Assembly (NCBI GenBank): GCA_029098305.1
Contig: JAQXOB010000047.1
Location: forward strand, 5,101 to 69,100
DNA length: 64,000 nt
Source of the DNA: Clostridia bacterium
GTDB taxonomy: Bacteria; Bacillota; Clostridia; Oscillospirales; Acutalibacteraceae
Direction: 5' to 3'
Part shown: positions 37,901 through 48,700 of the stretch, piece after piece
Position numbering within the stretch: position 1 is the first letter of the stretch
Layout: each line of letters begins with the position of its first letter
The notes under the pieces: model-generated
The model's database searches: none
Seen by the model: only the letters and a program-made list of their open reading frames with translations
What the model was told of the DNA's origin: nothing
Program-made: the position numbers and the translations under genes

Positions 37901-40900
37901 GCCATTTGGATCAAGTGTGAGTGTGTAAGTTTTTGCTGTCCAAATTGCATACAATGTATGTGCACTTGCATTTGCCACAATTGTTGAAGATGTTACTGCT
38001 GTGCCGTTTGTTTTTGCTGTTGACCAGTTCTTGAATGTATAACCTGTACGTGTTGGTGTAGGAAGTGTGCCATAGGTTGAGCCATAAGTTACAGACTTAC
38101 TTGTAGTTTCACATGAGCCACCATTTGCATCAAATGTTACAGTTATGTCGCTTTTTGCTTCCCACTTAGCTTGCAAGGTTGCATCCTCAAATACATCTTC
38201 ACAAAGGTCAGCTTCAAGGCTTCCGTCGGATTTTATAAATCTCTCTGTAGAATGTCCACCATGAACATCTGTGGTGTTATGATAGCCCTTGAAGGTATAA
38301 CCATCCCTTGTAGGAACTGTTATACTTGTAATCTCCTTGGTGCAATCTTTGTCACTATAATACTTGTTTGTACCATAGCTATACCATATATCGCTGGTGC
38401 CATTTGAACCGCTATTTTGATCAAGTGTGATATGAATTGTCTTTGGTGTCCAATGGGCATATGCTGTAGCATCGTTACCACAGCCTACGTCGTTAGCAAG
38501 ACCTCGGAATCCACCACCAAAGTTGGTTCCGCCTGACCAGGTAAGTTTTTTATCACTATCTGTATTATCTGCCTCTTTGAAATATCCCTCAAATGTATAG
38601 CCTTTCTTGGTTGGCGGTGTTATTTGAAGCTCTTTACCTTCATAACGTGGATATGGTGTAGTACATTCTTCGTCCTGATACCATTCTGCATCAATTTCAT
38701 ATAGAGCGTTCCACTTGATGTAAACAACATCGTCACCATCTGTACCGCCTTGCTTATCAAGAGTAATCTTAGAAACTCCTTTACCCCATCGTGCGTACAA
38801 TACATTGGCAGGTGCACTGGAATATACTGTGCCTGATGTCACCTTTTCTCCGCCATCCGGTCTGGTATACCAGCCTTTAAAAATGTATCCTTCACGAACA
38901 GGATCTTCCGGCAAGCTATAATTAGATGAGTAGCCTGCCTTTCTTGGAGCAGGTGTGTATACTTCGGAAGAAGAGTCTGTTCTCTCTATTTTAACCTTAA
39001 ACTGAAGGTTATTATAAACATCTGTGCCGTTCTTCCATGACCAAATTGTAAGGTGATCCACAGCTTTTGCCTGATCAGCAGAGAGCTTAAATGTTTTAGA
39101 AACACTGGTTCCATAATAATCCATTGATGTGCGGTTGTTAGTAGCATTTGAAATCATTTCCTGATTAGAATTATGCAACTCGAAAGCTATGCAGCCGTTA
39201 CCGCTTGTCTTAGAACCGCCTACAGTGGTTACAGTTAGAGTATAAGTACCTTTGCCAAGGTTCAATGGAATCTTCTTTATATCGCCACCTGTGCCTGTTA
39301 CTGTACCATTGAGTGTGTGCACCTCAGTTGTAGCATTGTAAGAATATTGTACTCCTGCTACAGTCGCAGAGGTTGTATCAGGCACATACTCGTTTATACC
39401 AATATCATCATAGTTTACATCGAAGAGAACATTATAAGTTCTGCTTGCATTAAAGTTTTTAACGGTTTGTGCTATTGGTTTCTCCTTAAAGCCATGGGCT
39501 TCATCCATATACATACCATAATTGCCATCATAAGAAGGGTCGTACAGCTTATAGATAAAGAGCACCTGCAAATATGGCAATTCCTTTGCATCTTCAAGCT
39601 CCCATGCCATCTGCTGTGCAGCGCTGTTTAATTGTGCCTGTGTTGGGTCGGTATTTACTGCTGAATCTTCAAATCCTGTTTCAGTCATAAACAAAGGCTT
39701 GCCATCGTCGCCGTGTCTTTGTGCCACTGCATAGATAGCGTTATTCATGTTTATCCAACCTCTATCTGATGAAGAGGAGATTTTGTGAGCATGACTTGCA
39801 GAGTATGGGTGCCAGTTGAGAACCTGGAAATAATCATCTGAATTCATGCTCTTTGTTCTTGCACCAAATGGATGTGCTCCTGATTCGATAGCGCTATACA
39901 CTGCTTCAAGCATATAATCTGATCTAGGAATATATACTGACGAGTTATCGAATTTTAATCCGGGAACACCATTTGCATCTTGACCACTCTTGGCATCATA
40001 AACAGAACACATAGATGGCAAAAGTATCTTTGCTTCTGAATTCACCTTGCGGGCTGCATCTGTAAAGTAGTAGCAAAGGTCAGCAAAAATATGGCCTTTT
40101 TCCTCAGTTGTATAGGTCTTTTCTTTATTGTATACTTCTTCTGACCAGCCTGGTTTAACGCAGTTTGAGTCTGCATCAAATTCATTAAATGGTTCTACAT
40201 AGTCGATCTCCGGGAATTCCTCCAGAATCATTCCTATTCCGGCTGAGTTAATCTCAAGCCAGAGCTTGTAGTTTTCAGGGTCTGCCTTATAATCCGGAAC
40301 TTCCTTCCAGTGTGTATATACATAACCATTAGGGTGGAGCAGTGCATCAAGTGTCAAGAGATATTCTTTTACGTTTGTATCGTCTTTAAAATAATTATTC
40401 AATACTCCCCTGATTATATCTTTTCCGCCCTCTTTCCATACAACAGTATTGTCAGGACGAACAGTGAGTACTGTACCAAGACCAAAGCCATTTCTGAACA
40501 CTTCTATATTAAGCTCTTTAGTATGCTTGATATGATTTGTCGAGTTCAAATGAGGCCATTTGTCAGTTCCGGCTCCAGATAAATCAGTAGCCTGATCAGA
40601 AATACCAATTGTGTAGTTTCCGTCTATTCTATCATATCCCTCTTCCACGTTTTCAATGCTTATAGTGTTACCGCTAATAGAAAGCACCTTATACATTGTG
40701 TGGCCTATATAGAAGGTTTCGCCTACTTTGACATAGGTATTAGTAGCTCTGTCAGTAACATTTCTAAATGTAAAAGCTGTAAAGTTGTGCGACCCACTAA
40801 CTGTGAGTGTGCAAGGATCGCCCACTGTAAATGTAGCACCGGTAAATGTTTGTGTAGATTTGGTGTAGGTGATATCTGCTACCTGTGCATATTTTGAATG

Positions 40901-42400
40901 ACTTGATGTCATACAGCTGTATGCAGATGTGGCACACACTTCGGAATAAATCACACGTGTTTCATTATTTTCATCTTTATAAGCTATATACCCCACCGCC
41001 ATATATGTTGTGGCTAAATCGGAATCGTCTACATTAATGGTTGCAGTGTATTTTGAATCACGAGAGGTACGCACAATCTTTTGAGCATTTGGGTCTAGTG
41101 AATCTAATCTTAAGTTAGATTCATCACTGTAAAGATCCTTGCTTGGCAGGATGAGTGTACCCATCTCTGTTATGCTGTCGCCAAGAGTAGTGTATATGTA
41201 TGGGTCTACAGTAAAACTAAAGTCTATGGCAACTTGTGAGCCGGTGTGAAGCTTCATTTCATTTTTGTAGATATATTCATCATGTGCTTCATACAAAGGT
41301 GCATTATGCAAGTTTTTACCTACAAGACCATTTGCATGATATACCATATATGCCGGTGAAACCTTAACGTCATTATATCCTATATAGCCACCGCTTGTCT
41401 GGTAAAAGTCGGTATAGAAAGGCTCAAACATATATTCGTCGTTAATCTTTACATAAACACAGTCTTTGCCGGCGTTGGGTCCTGCAACTACACGTATTCT
41501 AGCCATCTCTACCTTAGAATATTTATCTGAAGCCAATCTGGAGCCTGTCTTGTGCATTTCACTCCTACGGGAAGACTCTACTTCCCAGCCAAAGTGAGAG
41601 CTATCATCTTTAAACCATAGTGCAAAGCCTGAGCTCCAGTAAGAATCAAAGGCTATTCTGAATCCGGATTGATCACCATCATTTAGTCTGGTGTAGAAAG
41701 TGTATATTACAGAGTAGTATTTACTTGTGCCATCATATGAGTATGAATTTTCGCTCACATAGTTAAGGTCATGATGTGAGATGCGATCTATATCTTTTGT
41801 AAATCCATTATCGGAATATAAACCATTTTCAAAGCTACCTGTGTTAGAATAAAGACGGTTTGATGGGAAGGTAACACTTGCATCAGCAGCATTTGCCATA
41901 TATCCGTTTTCTACATCAAACAAATCTGTATAGAACGAATCTTTCAGCACATCGTTCATCTTGAGATATACATAATACTTGCCGGCATTTGGACCTGATT
42001 CTACATAGAGACGTCCCATTTCTACTAGAGTAGTAGTCGTAACTGCTTCAAGCTTGTTGCCATTGTTATCTTCATTTTGATAGCAGAAATAGGTGGCATC
42101 TTTTTGGAACCATACACCAAAAGGATGTCTCCATGTGTGGTCAAACGTCAACTGATATGACATATCGGCTGTCGGCACCACAAGATACTTGAATTTTACA
42201 GAATATGTAGGCGAAGTGCACTCATATGTTGTATTTTGCCTGTTTCCACTATTAGGTGCAAATTTTAGATCAGTTATAGTGATCTCATCCACCTTATCTG
42301 TGAAGACATCTTCTGCTGCGCTTGCGCTTATCGTGGTTGGAACAATCACAGATGTGACTATCATAACCATTGATAATAGCAACGAAAGCATTTTTTTCAT
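35000..42400 (-). CDS. Giant secreted surface protein 1 (2466 aa): two paralogous N-terminal domains, clan GH-A-like module, ~13 Listeria-Bacteroides-type repeats, shared C-terminal module
   Basis: AGGGGG SD upstream. Signal peptide ...[15 protein letters not shown] and FMTETGFED are candidate acid/base and nucleophile Glu motifs, with NWHPY between them. 13 repeats carry G[YF].F.G[WY]. The C-terminal segment ...LMGVQIRAV...GLRFVSRI...[12 protein letters not shown] is related to giants 2 and 3. Confidence 0.9.
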   Translation of the reverse strand: MKKMLSLLLSMVMIVTSVIVPTTISASAAEDVFTDKVDEITITDLKFAPNSGNRQNTTYECTSPTYSVKFKYLVVPTADMSYQLTFDHTWRHPFGVWFQKDATYFCYQNEDNNGNKLEAVTTTTLVEMGRLYVESGPNAGKYYVYLKMNDVLKDSFYTDLFDVENGYMANAADASVTFPSNRLYSNTGSFENGLYSDNGFTKDIDRISHHDLNYVSENSYSYDGTSKYYSVIYTFYTRLNDGDQSGFRIAFDSYWSSGFALWFKDDSSHFGWEVESSRRSEMHKTGSRLASDKYSKVEMARIRVVAGPNAGKDCVYVKINDEYMFEPFYTDFYQTSGGYIGYNDVKVSPAYMVYHANGLVGKNLHNAPLYEAHDEYIYKNEMKLHTGSQVAIDFSFTVDPYIYTTLGDSITEMGTLILPSKDLYSDESNLRLDSLDPNAQKIVRTSRDSKYTATINVDDSDLATTYMAVGYIAYKDENNETRVIYSEVCATSAYSCMTSSHSKYAQVADITYTKSTQTFTGATFTVGDPCTLTVSGSHNFTAFTFRNVTDRATNTYVKVGETFYIGHTMYKVLSISGNTISIENVEEGYDRIDGNYTIGISDQATDLSGAGTDKWPHLNSTNHIKHTKELNIEVFRNGFGLGTVLTVRPDNTVVWKEGGKDIIRGVLNNYFKDDTNVKEYLLTLDALLHPNGYVYTHWKEVPDYKADPENYKLWLEINSAGIGMILEEFPEIDYVEPFNEFDADSNCVKPGWSEEVYNKEKTYTTEEKGHIFADLCYYFTDAARKVNSEAKILLPSMCSVYDAKSGQDANGVPGLKFDNSSVYIPRSDYMLEAVYSAIESGAHPFGARTKSMNSDDYFQVLNWHPYSASHAHKISSSSDRGWINMNNAIYAVAQRHGDDGKPLFMTETGFEDSAVNTDPTQAQLNSAAQQMAWELEDAKELPYLQVLFIYKLYDPSYDGNYGMYMDEAHGFKEKPIAQTVKNFNASRTYNVLFDVNYDDIGINEYVPDTTSATVAGVQYSYNATTEVHTLNGTVTGTGGDIKKIPLNLGKGTYTLTVTTVGGSKTSGNGCIAFELHNSNQEMISNATNNRTSMDYYGTSVSKTFKLSADQAKAVDHLTIWSWKNGTDVYNNLQFKVKIERTDSSSEVYTPAPRKAGYSSNYSLPEDPVREGYIFKGWYTRPDGGEKVTSGTVYSSAPANVLYARWGKGVSKITLDKQGGTDGDDVVYIKWNALYEIDAEWYQDEECTTPYPRYEGKELQITPPTKKGYTFEGYFKEADNTDSDKKLTWSGGTNFGGGFRGLANDVGCGNDATAYAHWTPKTIHITLDQNSGSNGTSDIWYSYGTNKYYSDKDCTKEITSITVPTRDGYTFKGYHNTTDVHGGHSTERFIKSDGSLEADLCEDVFEDATLQAKWEAKSDITVTFDANGGSCETTSKSVTYGSTYGTLPTPTRTGYTFKNWSTAKTNGTAVTSSTIVANASAHTLYAIWTAKTYTLTLDPNGGIYSKTTSVTMTYNSSGYHSLQGADYKPSRNGYTFAGWYTTAVASQGTKVYGEDYICVPNTAYFNSENKWIYDNDLKVYAHWTPKTYTLTLDPNGGNYSTIRSVTMTYNTTNYYSLNNGDLKPSRNGYTFAGWYTATSGGTKVYDADYYCVPNTGYFNADKKWIYANNLTVYAHWTPITYTVKFDANGGSGTMNNQSFTYGESKALTQNAFTKTGYNFAGWDTASTATKVVYTDKQSVSNLTNTNGATVNLYAVWTAKNNIIVTFDANGGSCEAQSKAVTYGSTYGILPTPTRTGYTFNNWSTAKTNGTTVTSTTIVTNANAHTLYAIWTAHTYTVKFNENGGSGTMNNQSFTYGESKALTQNAFTKTGYTFAGWDTASTATNVVYTDKQSVSNLTDTNGTTVNLYAVWTPNTYTVKFDANGGSGTMSDESFTYGVYKVLPANAFTKTGYTFAGWDTASTATKVVYTDKQSVSNLTATNNGTVTLYAVWMAKGYIIVSFDANGGSCEAQSKAVTYGSTYGTLPTPTRTGYTFKNWSTAKTDGTAVTSSTSVTNENAHTLYAIWTANTYTVKFDANGGSGTMSDESFTYGVYKVLPANAFTKTGYTFAGWDTASTATKVVYTDKQSVSNLTATNNGTVTLYAVWEEDVFTVSFKNPDGSSISYVDSLTHNTVVLSDIECNSADNITLNSSVFKDSGDKPIYPQKDGYVFTGWYKSASAAQSNDKNNAYKINDVLGSDTVLYAGWAKINTVTQEPNDTIVRFGDVNKELSGLELMGVQIRAVYSPTYGGTGLRFVSRINKSLVNELQSVSSTTVTYGHLLAYADVAENGGLVAERCVPDANGKYEVIKSPAVNKLYAGTNYNVFSTVINNIAVPDYSTDFAARTYVNYTDASGIERYHYVTETGSKACGYGYKANLKNVADYILTHNSSAVAQSEYLERYINAILNDEVIDDKTFPATNGPINGGNYP
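35985..38160 (-). repeat. Near-identical in-frame tandem repeat array inside giant gene 1
   Basis: A ~210-nt block at 35990-36197 recurs almost base-for-base at 36452-36660 (462-nt offset), with variants at ~36700-36900 and ~37150-37360. A second block type lies at 36218-36420, 36920-37120 and 37945-38148. Confidence 0.9.
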
Positions 42401-42540
42401 AGTAATACCCCCTGTGTAATTACAGCTGTTTCAAACATAAACCTGAAACACCTTATAATACAATTTATTATACAATATATTATATTATATACTGTATGGT
42501 ATAGTCAAGCTTAAAACCGTAATTGAACCAATATTTAAAC

Positions 42541-42578
42541 AAAAAACAGCCCCAAGGCTTTTTATCACCTTGGGGCTG
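42541..42578 (-). terminator. Rho-independent terminator (11-bp GC-rich stem plus T-run on minus strand)
   Basis: cagccccaagg (42547-42557) pairs with ccttggggctg (42568-42578). The minus-strand read-out ends in TTTTTTGTTT. Identical to the copy at 49631-49668. Confidence 0.85.
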
Positions 42579-42607
42579 TTCATTATGAAAGATATTTATG
42601 AAAAATC

Positions 42608-42769
42608 TTATCTCAACGCACTAAATGCTCTGAAAGCGTTATCAACGTCTACTACAGTATCTGTATCACTCTCTGTTATTTCAGAATCTGTATCACCGGA
42701 TGCTGCCATAACGTCTTGTGCGAGAAGCATTTCATCTATCAATTCCGGAGTATTATATAATTTTTTCAT
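42608..42769 (-). CDS. Unannotated 53-aa acidic protein encoded immediately downstream of giant gene 2
   Basis: Order on the minus strand: stop of giant 2 (42791-42793), 4 nt, AAGGAGGT (42779-42786), 9 nt, ATG (42767-42769). Encodes MKKLYNTPELIDEMLLAQDVMAASGDTDSEITESDTDTVVDVDNAFRAFSALR, TAA at 42608-42610. A frame-preserving paralog lies at 49698-49859. Confidence 0.75.
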   Translation of the reverse strand: MKKLYNTPELIDEMLLAQDVMAASGDTDSEITESDTDTVVDVDNAFRAFSALR

Positions 42770-42790
42770 TGTAAAAATACCTCCTTAAAA

Positions 42791-45700
42791 TCAAGCTATT
42801 TTAGCAAGTTTATCGTAAGCATTGCTAACTGCTGACCAAGCATTATCGAAGCTTGTGCGGCAACCGCCTGCGAACTTACTGTCTGAATATGTGTGGTATC
42901 CACGACGTCCAAATCCGTTAGCGTCTGTGTAATCAACATATGCTCTTGCCTCTACAAGGTCACCCTTGTATGCTGCATCTGCGCCATCATACTTAATAAC
43001 GAGTGTAGACAAGCGATAATCGCCAAACATTCTGTGGTTCTGATCGCCTTCTTTTGTACAATCAATATCTACAGCGCCGGTTGTCTTCTTGTTAAGCTTT
43101 GTAAGATTTGCTATATCGGTCTTAGCATATGCTGTGTAACCATAAGATACGCTCTTGCCCTTCAAGCTCTGGAGCTCTTCGAGCATACCATTGCGATATA
43201 CTGTTACGAAACGAAGTGCGTCTTGATCTGTGTTGCTCATATCTGGCTGATACTTATCTGCAACTTCTTTGCTTCTGATCTGAACACCCTCGAGGCTAAA
43301 GCCCTTGAGTGATGATCCACCATAGCTGTTCTTATCTTTACCGTCCTTAGTAACTGTACCTACTGGTACCCACGCAGCATAGAGATTGAGGTTGCCATCT
43401 GCATCGTCATAATCGGCGATTGTGATGGTCTCTGGGAATGCTGTACCGTTTGTTGTGCCTACAGTAAGGTCTGTAGTGTACCATCCGGCAAACAGATATC
43501 CGCTTCTAACCGGTAGGCCATCCTCAACATTTGCGCCTGCCTCTGCAGATGTGATCGGTGCTTCTGTAAGAGTATGGGTTGTAGCACCATCATATATTAT
43601 TGACTCTTGCAATAATGTTGAACCGTCGTAATAACGAATGTAAGAAGCTTCTTCCTGGTTAGCACTAAGAATTGGTGTTTCTACTTCGTTTACTACTTCA
43701 TTGCCTCTAGCCATATCCATTACTCTAGCAATGCTGTTACCCTCTAATGATGTAGGATATGTTTCACTTGCTCCACGTGGTCCGCCTGATTCAGGGTTAG
43801 CCACAAGCTGAAGTGGAATTGTAATGTAATAAGGAGTAGATGCCTTTAGCTTTGATACATCCCATGTAATTACGTTATCTTTTATAGTAACTACAGAATC
43901 ACCATATTCACCACCACTAGCTGTAGTAGCTGATGTGGTAAAACGAGCTGTATCAATGCTTATTGAAATTTCGTTAGGATGTGCTGCTGAATAGAATGCA
44001 CTTGTGAATGCATCTAGGAGTTTGCTTTCATCGTTAGCACTATATACCATATCTGGGGTTGTGCTGATAGCATCAAGTTGTTCTCTACCATCACTACCTA
44101 GATTTCCCAAATAAACACTTGAGATAGGACAACCGAGTGCCTTTATAGCAGTAGCCTCTGCTCCACCATATATACCATTACTGTCCTTATTACCAAGGTT
44201 TGGATATCCATCTGAGAAGAAAAGAAGCATTGCATCTCTTGATTTATCTTTTCTGTCTCTAATAAAGTTGCGTGCCTGTTCTAAGCCTGCTGAGTAATCT
44301 GTGTTTCCTTCTGCTATTTGAGCGTTAAGATATATCAAAATCTTTTGTAAATCATCTGTAAAATCAAGGCTTGATTCTAAATCATCACCAAATGTTGTAA
44401 ATGCCACACGGCTACCCTTGATCTGTGTTAGAACAGAGGCTGACATTTTTTCGACAATATCAATCATTGTAGTAAATTTACTACCTGTCATACTACCACT
44501 TACATCAAGTACAAATACTACATCTTTTGGCTCGTATAGCGCATAGGAATAATCTACACGAATCTCAGCTGTAGTTTTGGATTCATCCATCCACCTAGCT
44601 GATTGCTTAATCCATGTATTGGAGTATTCTCCGTTTAACTTACCAATTTTAGTATCTTCGTAACCTTCTACGACATTGTTGTCACCTTCGTAGTAGAATG
44701 ATGAATCTTTAAAGACTTCGTCAAAAGCTACATCATCTGCCCAAATCGCATAAAGCTTATCTGTTACTTCAAAATTAAGAATATCAGAGTTAAAAATTCC
44801 ATATAGAGTATTATTTGTTGACCAACCAATAAATTCGTCATTATCCCTAGTCGGTGTTGGTAATGATGCAATAGGAGTACCTACGGTTTTTGTAATAGTT
44901 GTAGATGTACCCGCCGGTAATGTTCCACCATTCACATCAAGAGTTATATCATATGTAGCTCCAAATTCCATAAAACGTGATAAGGTGTTTGTTTCGCTAC
45001 AATAATCATATGCTTTTGATGGTTTTGGTGCTACTACAATAGTATAATCTGGAACAGCTGTTGCTCCCATACTTGTATTATCACCATAAATATAAACTGA
45101 TTTTAAGTGACTGCAATCTTTAAATGCGGAATCTGATATAGTTGTTACACTTTCTGGAATATCAATTGATGTTAATGTATTGCAGTATCCAAATGCTCCA
45201 CTTCCAATGGTTGTTACACTGTCTGGAATATCAACTGATGATAACATAGTACATCTTTCAAATGCTCTGCTTTCAATGGTTGTTACAGTGTCTGGAATAT
45301 CAATTGATGTTAATGAGCAAGCTTCTAAAAATGCAGAAGCAGGTATAGTTGTTACACCGTCTTCGATATCAATCGATGATAATGCGGTACAGTATGCAAA
45401 TGCAGCAACGCCCAGGCTTGTGACACTGCTCGGAATATTAACTGATGTCAATGCAGTACAGAATGCAAATGCATTATTTCCAATGCTTGTCACACTAGAT
45501 GGAATTTCTACTGATGTTAACGAATGACAACCGTAAAATGCTGTATTTCCTATGCTTTTTACACCATCTGGAATAACAAGTGGTGTTAATGATCTACATG
45601 AATGAAATGCACCATTTCCAATAGTTGTTACACTGTCTGGAATATTAATTGTTTTTAATAATTCACATGAACGAAATGCATTATCGCTTATAATTGTTAC

Positions 45701-48700
45701 ACCGTCTTCGATATCAACCGATGATAATGCAGCACAGTATATAAATGCTCTGCTTCCAATGGTTGTTACACTACCTGGAATATCAACTGATGCTAGTGAT
45801 GAGCAATCTTCAAATGCACTACTTCCTATAGATGTAACGCTATCCGGTATCTTTACTTTTTCTAGGTTTATACAGCGCTTAAATGCATCGTTAGAAATAT
45901 TTGTAACGCCATTATCTATTACCACAGATTTGATATCATTAATATGATAACTAAGCCATGGTTGTATTGAAATGCTACTCATATCTCCTTTGCCATAGAT
46001 ATAAAGTGTACCATCATCGGTAATATACCAATTGAGATTGTTACCATTTGCTCCTGTTTCGCCGGAATCTACTACTGTCTTTTCCCATACTGCATATATA
46101 ACTGTGTCATATTTGGTATCAAGGTCATAAACACTTGTAAACTCTGCATCACTCTGTGAATATCCATACTTACTTGTAGACCAACCCAAGAAATTTTGTT
46201 CACTGAGTGTAGGTGTTAGGCTTGAGAGTGAAATATCTTCGCCATATGTTTTGGTCATAGACTTCACTGTCTCATTATCTGCAAACTTACCACCGTTAGC
46301 ATCAAAAGATACTGTGTGATTTACAGGTGTTAGTGGAACAAAGGTGATTCCTTTTGATTTGCAATATTCCTCTGCAAAAGTATCATAATAACCATAAACT
46401 CTAAGTTCTTTAGGGCATTTTATGAAAGCATCATCTCCGATAGATGTAACATTCTCACGCATAATTACTTTTTTCAAGCTAGCACAATTTTTAAATGCTT
46501 GATCGCCTATAGATGTAACGCCCTCTGGTATCTCTATTGAGGTTAAGCCTTTACAATTGATAAATTGTTGAGTTTTTATAGCTTTCATAGAGCTTGGCAA
46601 TCTAACAGATATTAATCCTGTTGCACCTTCGAATAGGTAGTTACCCATAGATGTAACAGTATCCGGTATTTCTAGTGATATCTCTCCGCTGCAATAAGAA
46701 AATGCACCATAATCTATAGATGTAACACTATCGGGTATTTCTATTGATAGTTTTCCGCTGAAATAAGCAAATGCCTGACTACCTATAGATGTAACACTAT
46801 CTGGAATGCTAACTGAAGTTAAATTAGTACACTTGTAAAATGCTTTGTTGCCTATGCTGGTTATTCCATTTTCTATTTCTATTGATGTGATAGAACTTTT
46901 GTAAGAATACCATGGTGCATATTCACTAAAATCGGTCATATCGCCTGAGCCTGTGATAACAAGCTTTCCTTCTTCGGTAATATACCAAGTGATAGCACCA
47001 TTTTCCAAGGTACCGGAAACTATAGCACCAAATTGATTCTTAAATGTAATGTTATTAGCATTACAATAGCTCTCTGCCACTGAATTTGTTTCTCCAGATA
47101 CTACAAGATCAGCTGAACAATTCTTGAAAGCATCGGTTCCAATGCTAGTAACACTAGCTGGGATTGTTGCTGATGTCAGATTGCTACAGCCATAGAAAGC
47201 ACTTCTTCCAATGCTAGTTACAGTAGCTGGGATTGTTACTGAAGCCAAACTAGAGCAACTTTGGAAGCTGTAATCAGGAATTTTTGTAACAGCTGGGCCA
47301 AATGTTAAAGACTTTAAGGCACTAATGCCATTGAAGTAATTAGTATTAGTCATCTCACAGTTAATAGTAAGTTCTTCCAATCCATAACAAGAAGAAAATG
47401 CTCCACTGTTAAGGTTAGTAACACTAGCCGGAATTGTTAATGAAGGCAAATTAGGACAAGTTGAAAATGCTCCATAACCAATGCTAGTTACACCCTCTGG
47501 GATTGTTAACGAAGTCAGATTAATACAAGATCCAAAAGTTCCATCATTAATACTAGTCACGCCGGATGGAATTGCTACTGATTCTAAACTACGACAGCCA
47601 TTAAAAGCATACTGTCCAATGCTAGTAAGCTTAGATGGGAGTGTTGCTGTTGATAGATTTGAACAACCATAAAAAACATAACTTCCAATGCTAGTCAGAG
47701 TAGATGGGAATGTTACTAAAGTCAAGTTAGAGCAATTTTGGAAGCAATAATCAGAGATTGTTGTAACACCCTCGCCAAATGTAACAGACTTCAAGCTATT
47801 ACGATTACAGAAATAAGCAGTACCAGGGAGATTACAGTTTATATTAAGATTTTCCAGTCCATTGCAATTATTAAATGAATTAAAACTAATAGAAGTAGCA
47901 GTTTTTGGGATAGTTAGTGTTTTAATATTTGAACAACCATCAAATGCATAATCTGCAACATCTGTGATACCTTCCAAATATACAACTGATGTGATATCAT
48001 ACATATAATCGCGCCAGTTACCCAAGTCGCCACTGGAAGAACCTTTACCACTTAAAACAAATGTTCCATCCTCGTATAATGTCCATCTAAGGTTGCCGTT
48101 ATAATCACCTGAAGCTTTAACCTCACTGGTAGAACTCTCAAATGTAATACCCTTGCTGTTACAATAACTCTCTGCATATGAACCTGGTTCTCCAGATATC
48201 ACGAGATCGCTTGAGCAATATGAAAAAGCATTGCTTGCAATGCTAGTTACACTAGATGGAATCTCAACTGATGTGAGATTGCTACAACCATAGAAAGCAC
48301 CGTCCCCAATAGTGGTTACACCATCAGAAATCACTACTGATGTAAGTTTATCACTATAATAGAAAGCATCCTCTCCAATAGATTTTACACTACTTGGAAT
48401 TACTACTGATGTAACATTAGTATACTCAAATGCATAACCACGAATTGTTTCAACAGTATCAGGAATAGTTCCTGTTGACTGCACTGTGGCTTTTATCAGC
48501 TCTTTTCCATCTGCTGTAAGTAACAAGTTATCTTCTAATACAAAGGAAGTGTTTTGTGGGGATATTGTAATGGATGTAAGTTTTGCACCACCGGCAAGTT
48601 TATCCCCTATGCTCTGTAAACCACTACCAATAGTTAATGAAGTTAAAGAGTTACAACCGGAGAAGTTGTTAGTACCAATAGATGTAACACTATCCGGGAT

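Noticed and set aside
42570-42788. 72-aa plus-strand ORF from the track (MGLFIMKDIYEK...), and its twin at 49660-49878
   Set aside because: It starts inside the terminator stem and has no SD. It is exactly antisense to the SD-preceded 53-codon minus-strand ORF that lies in operon position. The between-copy substitutions are synonymous in the minus-strand frame, not in this one.
45180-45527. Plus-strand ORFs inside the giant genes (also 45759-45947, 47481-47672, 48486-48860, 48906-49157, 52951-53181, 54298-54624)
   Set aside because: They are antisense to long, motif-rich minus-strand genes. Their repetitive translations (e.g. VVTLSGISTD) mirror the LRR periodicity. They have no SDs.
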